Of a stretch of DNA of 64,000 nt, positions 19,992 to 30,281 are shown in pieces (positions within the stretch are counted from its first letter, which is position 1; the number at the start of each line of letters is the position of its first letter). The notes beneath the pieces are model-generated. The model was not told where the DNA came from. It made no database searches and was given only the letters and a program-made list of their open reading frames with translations. The position numbers were made by a program, and so were the translations under genes. The DNA is taken from assembly GCA_009859145.1 (NCBI GenBank), contig VRVR01000041.1:62001-126000 (forward strand), in the 5' to 3' direction. Origin of the DNA: Andalucia godoyi And28. Taxonomy: Eukaryota > Protista > Jakobida.

Positions 19992-21476
19992 TCACTGCCC
20001 ACAGGTTGAAGCCAGGTACTCTTCCAGCTGCTTTAATGCAGCAGTGTCGAGATCGCACTGTTTCATGTACCGTTTCAACGCTGACTCGTAAGCACGGAAA
20101 AACTGCGCTTCGGAACGTTTTCTTTCAGGAATACCATGCTTGGTGGAAATTGTTTTGGACGAAGGCGTACCCACAGACGGTAGCGATGTTGTTCTGAAAC
20201 AGAGTCCTTTGGAAACAGACGGATTATGTGATTCCTGAAGATGGCTGCGAGGAGCACTTTTGCAATCCACTTTCGGTAGGACTGATCTGTTGAAGTGCCG
20301 GAGATCCTCAGGGAGACTGAGCTGCGGCCCCAGCTTGAATACCAAACAATTTTCGCACACAACAAATCGAAAGGCATCCACGGATGTGAGATCCGTGGGT
20401 GTATCCTCTGCGTGGAAGACTTTGTAGCAAAGATCCTCGCAAACGTTATACAGAAGAGGAGACAAGCGCAGTTCCCTTCCGACAACATGAAATGATGGAA
20501 TCGTCTTTAACGACACCATCTGTTTTCTCAACTCGAGAATCGACTGCAGTCTGTTAGCAAGCGGTTTGAAATCGCAGTTCGTTAAGGAGAAGAGTTCTCG
20601 AACGGTTCTGTGGAGGATATCCTGGGCTGTCTTCGGCTCCTTGCAGATCACGCAGTGAGTGCTCTCGAACGAGATCGGAGCAGATTTTCGGAGCCAAGAC
20701 GGCGATGATACCTTGTCTTGCACAGGTCTTTCAGGATACTCAGCGGGTTTCGTCTTTAATTCCTCGCAGCACAGGACAATAATCCTATCGCGATCATCTC
20801 GCTGCAAAAAGAGGCTTATGCTGTGCAAGGAGCGTGGCTTATTAAGTAAACTATCAATTCTGTGCGAAATCGACTCACAAACCAGCGAAATTCTTTTTCG
20901 GAAAAAGTCTGAACGGACTGGCTCGCATTCGTACGATGCAGTGGGTGACACGCATTCCTCCGCTGATCCCTGCTCAGCTCCAGACGAAGGGGCAATGCGC
21001 TTTATGCTATCCACGAGTACCGAATTCGAACTCCACGTGCAGTGAAACAGCTCCAAACGGAGACGGGTGCTGTCCTCCACAGGTTTGATCAGTTCCTGTA
21101 CAACTGTATCTCCTTGTTTGAAATCTTTGAACAGCACGTCATGCAGCTGCAGTTTTGTAAGAAGTTTCGCGACGTACACAGCACTACCGTTACCGTTGAC
21201 CGCAGGGGAGTACTGAATGGCAACGTATCCGGCAAAACACTCGTGTACCCGCGCACTCACATGATTCCAGAACTCTGTCAGCGTTGCATTTTTCTTTCTC
21301 TTCTTCTTCAGAGTCCCCTCATGAGTCGATGTAAAGTACCATCCCATCGGAACATTGTTTCCAAACACAAAGGTATGTGGTGTCAGAAAGCAGAGATCTG
21401 TTTCCGTTCCTGACGTTTTCCGCCACACAGTTTCCAAGAAAGAAGCATTCAAGCGATCCAACGCGAAAAGAATCAT
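19992..21476 (-). CDS. Hypothetical protein with a WYFTS..G..KK motif and two CxxC pairs, about 494 aa
   Basis: Long ORF containing TPHTFVFGNNVPMGWYFTSTHEGTLKKKRKK, VVQELIKP, CVIC and CENC. Start uncertain (first ATG 21476). Confidence 0.65.
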   Translation of the reverse strand: MILFALDRLNASFLETVWRKTSGTETDLCFLTPHTFVFGNNVPMGWYFTSTHEGTLKKKRKKNATLTEFWNHVSARVHECFAGYVAIQYSPAVNGNGSAVYVAKLLTKLQLHDVLFKDFKQGDTVVQELIKPVEDSTRLRLELFHCTWSSNSVLVDSIKRIAPSSGAEQGSAEECVSPTASYECEPVRSDFFRKRISLVCESISHRIDSLLNKPRSLHSISLFLQRDDRDRIIVLCCEELKTKPAEYPERPVQDKVSSPSWLRKSAPISFESTHCVICKEPKTAQDILHRTVRELFSLTNCDFKPLANRLQSILELRKQMVSLKTIPSFHVVGRELRLSPLLYNVCEDLCYKVFHAEDTPTDLTSVDAFRFVVCENCLVFKLGPQLSLPEDLRHFNRSVLPKVDCKSAPRSHLQESHNPSVSKGLCFRTTSLPSVGTPSSKTISTKHGIPERKRSEAQFFRAYESALKRYMKQCDLDTAALKQLEEYLASTCGQ

Positions 21477-21755
21477 TATGGGTGCGCATTCTTCAACCAC
21501 ATGAAAAGAATTCGGTTATCGACCAGCGACATCACTCGCAAGTCGAAGCAGTACGAGCAGACATGTGCAGCAATGTTTCGAAAGAGAAAACTGCTGTATG
21601 AAAGAAAGAGGTGCTCGGGTGTTCTTTTCGACAGCTTCCGACAATCAACCCCTCACCCTTGTGTTGACAATTGAAGCTGATAAGTGCTGCTGGCCTTCTG
21701 GATTCCTGCATTTTCGATTCTATTTTCACGCTGAAAATGCAAAAAATACACACAC

Positions 21756-24638
21756 ATGTACTTCAAAAACATATCATGGCAACAGCCGCGAAAGCCAAAC
21801 GGTGATCCTCGCAATGCTCCGGACCGTCCAAATGGTTTGTCGAAAGCCGCAAGTTTTTCAAATTCAGGAGATAGGTTTGTGGTGGTTATCTCTCCCTCAG
21901 ATTCTGAAGGTGGGAGTAGCGATGATGCAAGTGAACCTGCTTCTACTTCTGCTTCTTGCCGTCGTGCTACTGACAACATAGAAGATGCTGCTCAATTATC
22001 TGGAGGAGATCATCTTTCCCCTTCCGACGCGCAGTCTCGCCTCGCCGCTGCAATCGAAAAGGAAATGCAGCGAGTTCGTTCCATGGATGATTCCGCAGAT
22101 CGAGAGCGTTCAACTTCTCCAGTTTCAGCACCGCCATTGTCGGAGCGAGAACACAGATACCGGAATGACTCCAATAGACCTTCCTATTCCAGAAAACGAC
22201 AGTTCGTGAGAAATCACTATCCTTCACACAAATTTCGGCGCGTCCCTTCCGACTTTATCCGCAGGCCGTCTTTGCTGTCGGTCATTCAGCTAAATGGAAG
22301 TTCTGCAGTATCGGACGAATACACAAGATTAGAAGAACGACTGAAATTTCTGTATGAAAGGGAGGACCGCGTTGGAACACTGCTGAAATCTATTCAGGAC
22401 GAAATCAACGCAGTACAATCCTCTGTGGACGAACTTGAGAAACGTGCCTGGTCTGAGTGGGATCGAAAAGAACATGGCGAGAAACCTGGGTCTTCTACAA
22501 CCTTTTTGGATGGGCATGCTTCGAGTGATTCTACCGCTGCTGCCTTAATATCTCCAAGTGTGGACGTGATGCAGGATGTCATGGTCGAACCGGATTTGAT
22601 CCTTGCTCAACTCCGAGAGCTGAAAGGACGAACTGATCGCGCAGCGAAAATTTGCGTCGAGGATTCGAATCTCATAGGTTGTGCAGATCCTGAGGGTCGA
22701 TCGCGGATCAATGATGAACAGCTTGACAATGGGTTATCACCGGGCTCGGTTGTGATGGATACTGCGCAGGATCTTGTGACGCAACAATCCACCCTTGTGG
22801 CTCCACAAGCCCACCCTCTGAATGATGGGCCTTCCAAGAATCCGGAACGCTTCCAAGGTCTTCCTGTTGCCCTTCACGAACTGCAAGCAGAGTTGAGATG
22901 TTTATTTGACAATCATGCGAATTCCCTTTGTCACCGGATATTTTTGTTCGACGAAATCGATTTAGTGTCGCTTACATCGTTTTCTTCGAGTTTCTCGAAC
23001 AGCGTTTCGACATCATGCTTGTCCGTTCTCACAGACAGTCAAGTTCCTCGAACCATCCCGTCCGCTCCATATTGCCCATTGACGCTGCGAACACATTGCA
23101 ATCCTTCTTCTTTTTTGGAACGCCCGTTGTGCAAGTTTGAGCACATTGGAACGTGCTTGAGCTCATCTTGCAAAAGTTTGCATAATCGAGAAATCAGCAA
23201 TGAGGAACTTTCGTGTCCTCGAACATTCGGATGCGACACGTCAGCAAAAACTGTTCGCGATGGAGATGATCTTCGCTCGTTTTTGATTATGCTTGCTTCT
23301 GTGCTGAACTCCGGGTGTTCAGATGGTAGTATATGGTGTGCATATATTGATCTTTTGCATGTGAGTGGGGATCCTGTAATGTGGGACATCGTCCTTGACC
23401 GCGCACTCCAATGCACGGGTTTTGATCGGCGGGTTGTTCTTCGAGCGTTCTTTCACGATGCTTCCAAGTACCACGATTTGATGGTCTCCACATTCTCCGT
23501 GTGTCATGTGTTTGTGATCCAGAAGTGGAACGCCGAGCGTCGCATGCTGGGCAAATCGTTGTTGGAAGCAGTGTTGCTGGAATGGGACAGAAGCGACTGG
23601 TCATCGTCTGTCGACGTCAGACATCTTGTTTGGGCATGCCTTGTAGCCACCTATCTGGACCTTCAACATCCCTCGACATTTCCGTTTGATGTCCAGTTAG
23701 ATAGTTTTCCTTTCATTCTTCCGTCGTTTCCGCCCTCTGAGTCCGGTTCTGATGTTCATGATTTCCTCTGTTCTTGCTGCGAGAGGATATTCAAAGTCTG
23801 CCGGACTGATGTGGCGCTCATCCTAGCATGCTCCATTTTCGTTCTGCTGTGTCATGTTCGGCCACCCCTGTCTTTCCGAGAACGCATTCGGGGTCTGCTG
23901 CATTCCTGCGCTGGCCTGGCTTCCCTTCCGCAGGCGTGGCTGGCATACGTCGAGTTGGAAGGCTTCTGGGGCATGACTGCATCTTCTTCCAAGCGGTTTA
24001 TGGATCATTTGCATGGATGGTTCATGTTTAAGGAAGGAGAACACATTTCGGCATCAGATATTCGTGTGACCCTCGTGCTTTCCGGCATCGCTCAGCAGTT
24101 GCAAGACGTGGATGCAAATCGAGAATCTCTGCTGGTTTTGATCTCCTCTCTACCTTCTTGCGAAAATCTGTGTATCAGACTTCTTCGAGAGGTAGTGTTT
24201 GCTGTTCTTAGTGGTGCGAAGGAGGAAGATGCGGAATCAAAGTTCATCAGTTTGCTGAGGGCAGCATCGCCCCTGGAGAAGCCATGGGTGCATTTTCAAA
24301 TGAGTTTGTTTTATTGGACATCATCGCGACTGCGTAGTGTGGCTCCAGTGTCATTGGCTCCGTCTCTAGCCGTGTCGGGAAATCATGAACTTACAGACTC
24401 GGCTAACAAATTTCTGCCAATTCAGGGTTCGTGGATTTGCAGGGCGTTGGCCTCTCGATTTTCTGGATTTCCGTTTTATGAATACTTTTTGTTTGCAGAG
24501 CATGCTATTGGTTTGCTGCAACGGGAGTGGTGGCTTTCGTTGGGGAATGCGTGGGCCTCTCGTGACCGCATTCGAATGGGCAACACTGCTTCGCCTCAAT
24601 ACGAAAAGTTGTTGCGGTTTTTGCAGGAATCATTTTGA
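21756..24638 (+). CDS. ZFC3H1/Red1-like protein (putative C3H1 zinc finger plus helical repeats; PAXT/NURS exosome adaptor-like)
   Basis: PLCKFEHIGTCLSSSCKSLH matches the zf-C3H1 pattern. Disordered coiled-coil N-terminus. Helical C-terminus with IWCAYIDL and PQAWLAYVELE HAT-like segments. Confidence 0.65.
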   Translation: MYFKNISWQQPRKPNGDPRNAPDRPNGLSKAASFSNSGDRFVVVISPSDSEGGSSDDASEPASTSASCRRATDNIEDAAQLSGGDHLSPSDAQSRLAAAIEKEMQRVRSMDDSADRERSTSPVSAPPLSEREHRYRNDSNRPSYSRKRQFVRNHYPSHKFRRVPSDFIRRPSLLSVIQLNGSSAVSDEYTRLEERLKFLYEREDRVGTLLKSIQDEINAVQSSVDELEKRAWSEWDRKEHGEKPGSSTTFLDGHASSDSTAAALISPSVDVMQDVMVEPDLILAQLRELKGRTDRAAKICVEDSNLIGCADPEGRSRINDEQLDNGLSPGSVVMDTAQDLVTQQSTLVAPQAHPLNDGPSKNPERFQGLPVALHELQAELRCLFDNHANSLCHRIFLFDEIDLVSLTSFSSSFSNSVSTSCLSVLTDSQVPRTIPSAPYCPLTLRTHCNPSSFLERPLCKFEHIGTCLSSSCKSLHNREISNEELSCPRTFGCDTSAKTVRDGDDLRSFLIMLASVLNSGCSDGSIWCAYIDLLHVSGDPVMWDIVLDRALQCTGFDRRVVLRAFFHDASKYHDLMVSTFSVCHVFVIQKWNAERRMLGKSLLEAVLLEWDRSDWSSSVDVRHLVWACLVATYLDLQHPSTFPFDVQLDSFPFILPSFPPSESGSDVHDFLCSCCERIFKVCRTDVALILACSIFVLLCHVRPPLSFRERIRGLLHSCAGLASLPQAWLAYVELEGFWGMTASSSKRFMDHLHGWFMFKEGEHISASDIRVTLVLSGIAQQLQDVDANRESLLVLISSLPSCENLCIRLLREVVFAVLSGAKEEDAESKFISLLRAASPLEKPWVHFQMSLFYWTSSRLRSVAPVSLAPSLAVSGNHELTDSANKFLPIQGSWICRALASRFSGFPFYEYFLFAEHAIGLLQREWWLSLGNAWASRDRIRMGNTASPQYEKLLRFLQESF

Positions 24639-24802
24639 ACAAAGTATAATGTTTTAAAAATCTTGCAGGTAAATCAAGGAAAACATTGTCACACTCTAAC
24701 TTCGCTTGCTTTGCTTTTCTTTTTTTTTAATACTGCATCAGACAGAGGCGGGGAGAAAGAACCACTTCGTGGTGCCAGAATCAACGAAAGGATATCTTCC
24801 TC

Positions 24803-25277
24803 TCAATATCCGGCGAGAAACTTCTGAAGAAATTCGCTTCGACGACGTTCAGTCTCGCGCATTGGAGCCGAAAGGGTCTCTTCAATTGGGAAATACTTCA
24901 AAAGAGTCGTTCGCGGCTTCCACTGGCGAAGAGTTTCTTCAACTTCTTGCTTACCTTTGAAGACCAACATATCCACAACGGCTGCATCACGAATACCTGG
25001 ATGTTTCCGGAACTCCTTTCTCAGCAGGGCGCGCATGTCGGACTCGGGGAGGTCCACCTGATAGATTTTTCTGACATATGGAACGCATCGCATCACCTAC
25101 GAAACAAAAAACAAAAAGGATAGAAAGGGAAAGGGACGAAAAGGAAGAACGATGGGGAAAAAAATGAGTTCATGAACTTCACAAGATCGACGTTTTCAAA
25201 TTTGAGCATACTTCTCGATACAGCGATCGCACATGAGTTTGCGCTTCCGATAGAGACGACGAAAGTCTAGTGGCCAT
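24803..25277 (-). CDS. NDUFA6: NADH dehydrogenase 1 alpha subcomplex subunit 6 (B14, LYR family), 119 aa, exons 25212-25277 and 24803-25096
   Basis: The spliced product MATRLSSSLSEAQTHVRSLYREVMRCVP...VVDMLVFKGKQEVEETLRQWKPRT...FLQKFLAGY matches NDUFA6. The 115-nt intron is GTATGC...TTTCGTAG, phase 0. Confidence 0.92.
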
Positions 25278-25636
25278 TCTCACCAACTATGATGAAAGTA
25301 AAAAAATCGGATTCAAGACGACGGAAGAACCAACTCGCTGGGCGCAACAAAAGTGAAAAATGAAAAGGAGCCAGACAGAAATCAAAAAGAAAAACAATGC
25401 CTGCGCAAATCCACACAAGTTCACTCGGCAACAGCCAGACTACGATCGATGTTGTCGTCAGGTCGAAAGATCGAATAGTACCACCAAAAAATTAAAGATA
25501 ATGACAGGAAAACAGTGGGCAAACACCGAAAGGAATGCTCGTTTACAATATAACCAGAAGCAGACCAACTTGGAGAAACACAGGATGATCCGACCACCAG
25601 TGAATGGCATAAATAAAGTGCAGACAATTCGGAATC

Positions 25637-26134
25637 TCACTGTATTCCGTGCAAAACAGAAGAAGCATCCGTGCACACAAACTGACCGGGATTTTCGATG
25701 TTGAAGCACACTATTTTTCCAGACAAAACCTGAATGGCAAAGCGGCGGCATCGAGTACCCATTCCATACGCAGAGGAGTCATTTGACACTCCGAGGAATC
25801 GAGTGAATACCGCGTTTCCGTCAGAAAGGAACTGGATTGACGAGGCTTCAGCACCGAACGTCTGCTTCCAAGCATCCATGACAAACGGATCATTCACGGA
25901 GACCACCGCAACCTTGATCCCCTTGTCCTGAAAATCCTTCAAGGCAGAAATGTAACCCGGAACGTGTTTGCGAGAACACGTAGGAGTAAATGCTCCAGGA
26001 ACACCAACAACGACAACAGAGGAATTTGCAGGGAACAAGTCGCCGGTCTTCACCTCGCAGACTCCAGCATCAGTCAGTTCAAAGAGCACAATGTCTCCTG
26101 GAATTTCAGTTCCAACAGCAACAGGCGTAGACAT
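25637..26134 (-). CDS. PRDX5: Type II peroxiredoxin (PRDX5/Ahp1-like), 165 aa from ATG 26134
   Basis: VVVGVPGAFTPTCSRKHVPG (peroxidatic Cys), VSVNDPFVMDAW, FLSDGNAVFT and GMGTRCRRFA. Confidence 0.93.
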   Translation of the reverse strand: MSTPVAVGTEIPGDIVLFELTDAGVCEVKTGDLFPANSSVVVVGVPGAFTPTCSRKHVPGYISALKDFQDKGIKVAVVSVNDPFVMDAWKQTFGAEASSIQFLSDGNAVFTRFLGVSNDSSAYGMGTRCRRFAIQVLSGKIVCFNIENPGQFVCTDASSVLHGIQ

Positions 26135-28181
26135 CCCAAACCAGTTTCTTACAACCCTGAGTGGCTGCTTCAATACAAGGGTGCTCAAAACCAACGCAAA
26201 GTGCTCGCCACTCCACCAGGCCTCTTTCGCACGCACGAGGATTTCGCAACCGTCAAACATGATGCTATGAAGTGATGCAAGAATGTACAGAGTCGATTCG
26301 TTCTTCGTGGGAATACTACGGCAGCAGAACGAAACGCGTTTCATTAGTGTCGACAATCTCACTTGCAAGAGTATCCACGGAACACACAAGGCTGACGTCC
26401 CAACTGGTGATTCGAGAACAGTGGGGAAATCGTTTCAGGAAGAGACAAAATTCTTTCGATAAACAAAGGGGGGAATGAACGAGAGCCGCTGCAGTCAGAA
26501 AGAAACGAACAAAGACTGGGCGGTGATTCGAAAGTCAACGGAAGAAACACAATCAACAAGAGAATCAGGAAAGTACAAAGGGTTTCTGGTGCATTTCAAA
26601 CCGGAAGCTGTGAAGCTCGGTCGTGAGGACAAAATGCAAGACAGTACCAGAAGATCTTGAAAAGCACACAGCTGGAGCATACTTAAAAATAATCACCTAT
26701 TTGTATTTTTAAAAACGAGAAGAAAACAGTAAAACGCTCGCGTCGGGCTTGCTAGGAGTGCAGAAAACAAAGGAGAGGGCGAAGAATGAAACGGGAACCT
26801 CATCACAGTTCATACAATTCTTGAGCGCTCCTTGGACGCGACTCTCTAACAAAAACAGAGAAAACCTGACAGACTGCATAGTTGTCAGCTCACTGGACAT
26901 TCTCCTAAACATATCTTTCGGGAATTAAAACAATGCGATTTATCACGAATTACAGGGACGAATGAAACGCTGTCTGTCTGAGGAGTGATGCATCTTTTCC
27001 CTTAGAAAATTTGGTGGAACCCAGGGAGACGGACCACGGATAGCCAACAGGTGTCTTTTATGCGATCCAGAACTTTCGCGGAAGTGGCAAACAGAGGCAG
27101 TCTTGACAGCGACCACTTGGTGTGCCACTAGCAATGGAGAATGGAGAGGCTTCAGGGTGTGTCCGGATGCGAAGAATCCAAAACTGCGAAAAGCAAACAC
27201 GGCGACCGATGCTCAGTGAGAACAGGAAGATAAGCACTTAATTTCGACTTCCACAAGTCACGACGAGAAACTGGAATTCGACATCGGCGCAATCCGAAGG
27301 AGCCTCTATAATGAAGATTTGAGGAACCGCCACGACAAAGAGGATCGGCAACAGTTTTATGAGGGTCACTGGGCCCGGGAGTTCGCAGTGTGATGCAAAG
27401 TCCACCACAGCAGAATATCTGTATGAGACAGTGTACGGTGCCACCCAGTTTGATCAGTCAGCATTTTTGCAAATTTCTTATCACGAAACCCTTTCTGCGT
27501 TAGATCATGCGCAGCTTAATTAACAGGAGCGATCCACAGAGATTGTAGTGGTATTAAACATACCGTCTTTGATTCGCTGTACAAATTTCAAGATGGTCAT
27601 TTCCGTCTGATGACTGAGTTCTGGATCTCGTGAGCGGTTCTGGACAATTCAGGTGAATGGGAATGCGGATCGACAACCGTCTGCTGAAGTTTGAAAGACC
27701 ACTGATCATCGAACTTCTCTTCTGTGAACGTGTCGATGTGCAGATGACGTTAAATATTCGTTCATCTGTTTTTCTTTTTTGAAAAACAGTCTTGACGGAG
27801 CTCCCTTCATTTCATGCACCTTACGTCGCTCTCGACAGCATATTGGATGTATTTGATAAAAAAGAAAAATGATAATACTGTCTGGCAACGGAATTTTTAT
27901 TGGACCGAGTGTTTCTGGCGGCCAAATTATGTTTTTTGAGATTTGCTCTCGCCCTCCCCTGCTATTCCGTATGAATCAACGAAATGCATGCTGCTTTTTT
28001 AAATCAGGTGCATCAGCAGTTTTTGTATCACGAGGATCTCTGATGGAAGCTCGTGTTCTTACACGACATTCGTTTCCCTCAGGATATTGTCCGGTTCGCT
28101 CCCTTGCTACAGCTTGAATTTTTTTTTGCCTTCCCTCCCGCTTTTTTTTTGAACTGATGTTTTCCGAATTTAGTAGTTGCC

Positions 28182-28475
28182 ATGTCGGCGCGTTTGTATA
28201 ACGCCTGGCGCCTCGGTTTTCGCTCTGGATCCACTGTCCCGTCCGTCCTAATGCACAGGTGCATTGCTGAATGGGCAAGCTGCAGTTCTTCCGTGTGCCT
28301 TCCGTGTGCCTGGACTGAACTGTCTTTTTCTTTTGTTCCCTTGTTTGTTAGTTGTTTCCTTTTGGACCATTAGTACTGCTGGTCTTATCCGCTCGCCTTG
28401 GCATGGATGGCGGTCTCACATAAGCTTTTTTTCGAGACTGGCATTGGCGGTCGCGGTTATTGGAGTCGCTCGTGA
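28182..28475 (+). CDS. Putative 64-aa mitochondrial microprotein, exons 28182-28274 and 28374-28475, joined by a GC-AG intron
   Basis: Exon 1 has an Arg-rich, acid-free N-terminus. Donor TGG|GCAAGC, pyrimidine-rich 99-nt intron ending CATTAG, in-frame exon 2, and AATAAA about 45 nt after the stop. Confidence 0.45.
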
Positions 28476-28587
28476 TTTCTCAGCAAAATTCTATTTACAA
28501 GATTTACGGCACCAAAAACCTAATAAAGTCAGTACAAACGGCGCGCCAGTTGGCGTGTTGCGAACCTGTACACAAAAGCGTAGTGAA

Positions 28588-29763
28588 TTACAGCTTTGAT
28601 GCGAGTATTTCCGTTAATTTAGATGTGTTCCATTTCTTAATGCGATCGATGAGCATGAGGTCAAGGTTGGTATCATTCGGATCAGTCATGGAGTAAAGAT
28701 TAGGAGTCAAGCATGTTGCGATGGCTTGCGGATTCATTCGATTCTGAACTTCGTATGAGCACACAAATGCCATGAATGACATCAAGTAGTAAAACCACGA
28801 ATCGTAAGTGAGTCCCAACAAATCCCATCCGCGTTCCTCATACATGGCAAAACGGTTCCGATCAAACAGGCCAAGAGGTTTTGCATCCATAGGGAGTTCT
28901 CGTAGCCACAATTTGATCAGCCCCGGCACGATGTGGGGATCCTTGGCAATGCACAAGTCAAACTGCGGATTCGGTAACCCGCTTTCAAGGAGTAGTCTGG
29001 CTTCCTGCATCATGTCTCCCGAGGCAGACTTTCGAAATGTACCCTCAAACTCATACATTTTTGATGACGTGTACGTCTTACATAAGCTAGAGAGCACGAC
29101 AGGAACCCTGCACTTATGGAGTGTCACCGGAGATACCTCAATAGTTGAATCCAAAAATTCAGGAGAAACGCCAAAAACCGAAGGAGCAACCGAGATTTTG
29201 CATACCAAAAAGAGGTGAATATGTGTATCTAATGTAAGCACAACAACGTCAGACAATGTCCCACCCTTCAATGCTGTCACGCCCACAAGAAATTTTTCTT
29301 TTGCGGCCCTTTTCAAGCATGCAGACGAAGGGATTGAAAAGGAAATACCAGAAGGAGGAATACAGTTATCTTGAGTGGGGAGAGTATCTGATAATGCTCG
29401 GACAGTGAATGATACGGACCTCTTGGACTTGTTGCTAACATGGACCTCGTCGGTGAGGGAACATCGAACAGAGTGACAGCTAGAATCTCCAAATAACGAA
29501 TAGCTCTTGCATTTGATAACTGGCATTCTCGACGATGTTGCCGTCTGGGAAGTCGTATGGCCATGGCGAGTAAACGTCACTCCTGTGTACTCCGATAGTG
29601 CTCTGTCCTGGTGCGCTTCTAACTCGGCAGGAGAAAGGCCAGTAATGACTTCTCTCAAGCGCTGAGCTAACTCGCAAGGGATGAAGGAGTTTCCATAAGA
29701 TGCGACCAACAGCGACACCGGCGGCGACGGAAGCACGCGTCTGATTTCAGTTCCCGATAACAT
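28588..29763 (-). CDS. RhoGAP-domain protein with an upstream Ig-like (MSP/ASH-like) beta domain
   Basis: EGTFRKSAS (arginine finger), DPHIVPGLIKLWLRELP and NRMNPQAIATCLTPNL, preceded by a beta-rich region ending SVFGVSP. Confidence 0.85.
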   Translation of the reverse strand: MLSGTEIRRVLPSPPVSLLVASYGNSFIPCELAQRLREVITGLSPAELEAHQDRALSEYTGVTFTRHGHTTSQTATSSRMPVIKCKSYSLFGDSSCHSVRCSLTDEVHVSNKSKRSVSFTVRALSDTLPTQDNCIPPSGISFSIPSSACLKRAAKEKFLVGVTALKGGTLSDVVVLTLDTHIHLFLVCKISVAPSVFGVSPEFLDSTIEVSPVTLHKCRVPVVLSSLCKTYTSSKMYEFEGTFRKSASGDMMQEARLLLESGLPNPQFDLCIAKDPHIVPGLIKLWLRELPMDAKPLGLFDRNRFAMYEERGWDLLGLTYDSWFYYLMSFMAFVCSYEVQNRMNPQAIATCLTPNLYSMTDPNDTNLDLMLIDRIKKWNTSKLTEILASKL

Positions 29764-30281
29764 GGAGACACATCCAGCTTCCCACAGGCTGCCTATCAGG
29801 GGTTGGCAGATAAATAAGACCGATAGACTGGATTAATATCAGCGCCGTGGAGGGTCAGAGGTAATCGCGAACGTGCCAACAGAAGGGAAAAAAAACAGTG
29901 CTAGCGGTAGTGCAGTGATGTGCAGTTTTATTTTGTGCACTTGGTTAGGTACCTGTTCGTGTCCGGATGGGGTTCACTCCTTCAGCCTTCCTGATTCATC
30001 CGTGATTCCTCTCTTTTCTTTTCTTTCATTACGTCAGGACAATTCTCGGGTCGATGTTTGTCGAATCTTCGGATCGGAAGCTCGGCCCAAGCGAATTGTC
30101 GAATGACCGAACTGAAGTTCAAGTCAACAGGCTTTCCATTTCCCACGAATTTGGTTTCCATTATTTCGGCTTTCTATTCCCCCACACACAAACGCCACGT
30201 CTTGCTTTCTTCAGATTTAAGCTCTGGATAGCTTATCGTCTCCTGTCAAATTCCTTGTAACCTCTGCGAGTGAAGTCCACC

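Noticed and set aside
26135-26389. In-frame upstream extension of PRDX5 as a mitochondrial presequence
   Set aside because: The upstream ATGs give acidic/Trp-rich peptides unlike a presequence. It cannot be supported without transcript data.
27608-27687. Possible box C/D snoRNA (TGATGA...CTGA, about 80 nt)
   Set aside because: There is no convincing terminal stem, I could not match the guide to a conserved rRNA segment, and such boxes occur often by chance.
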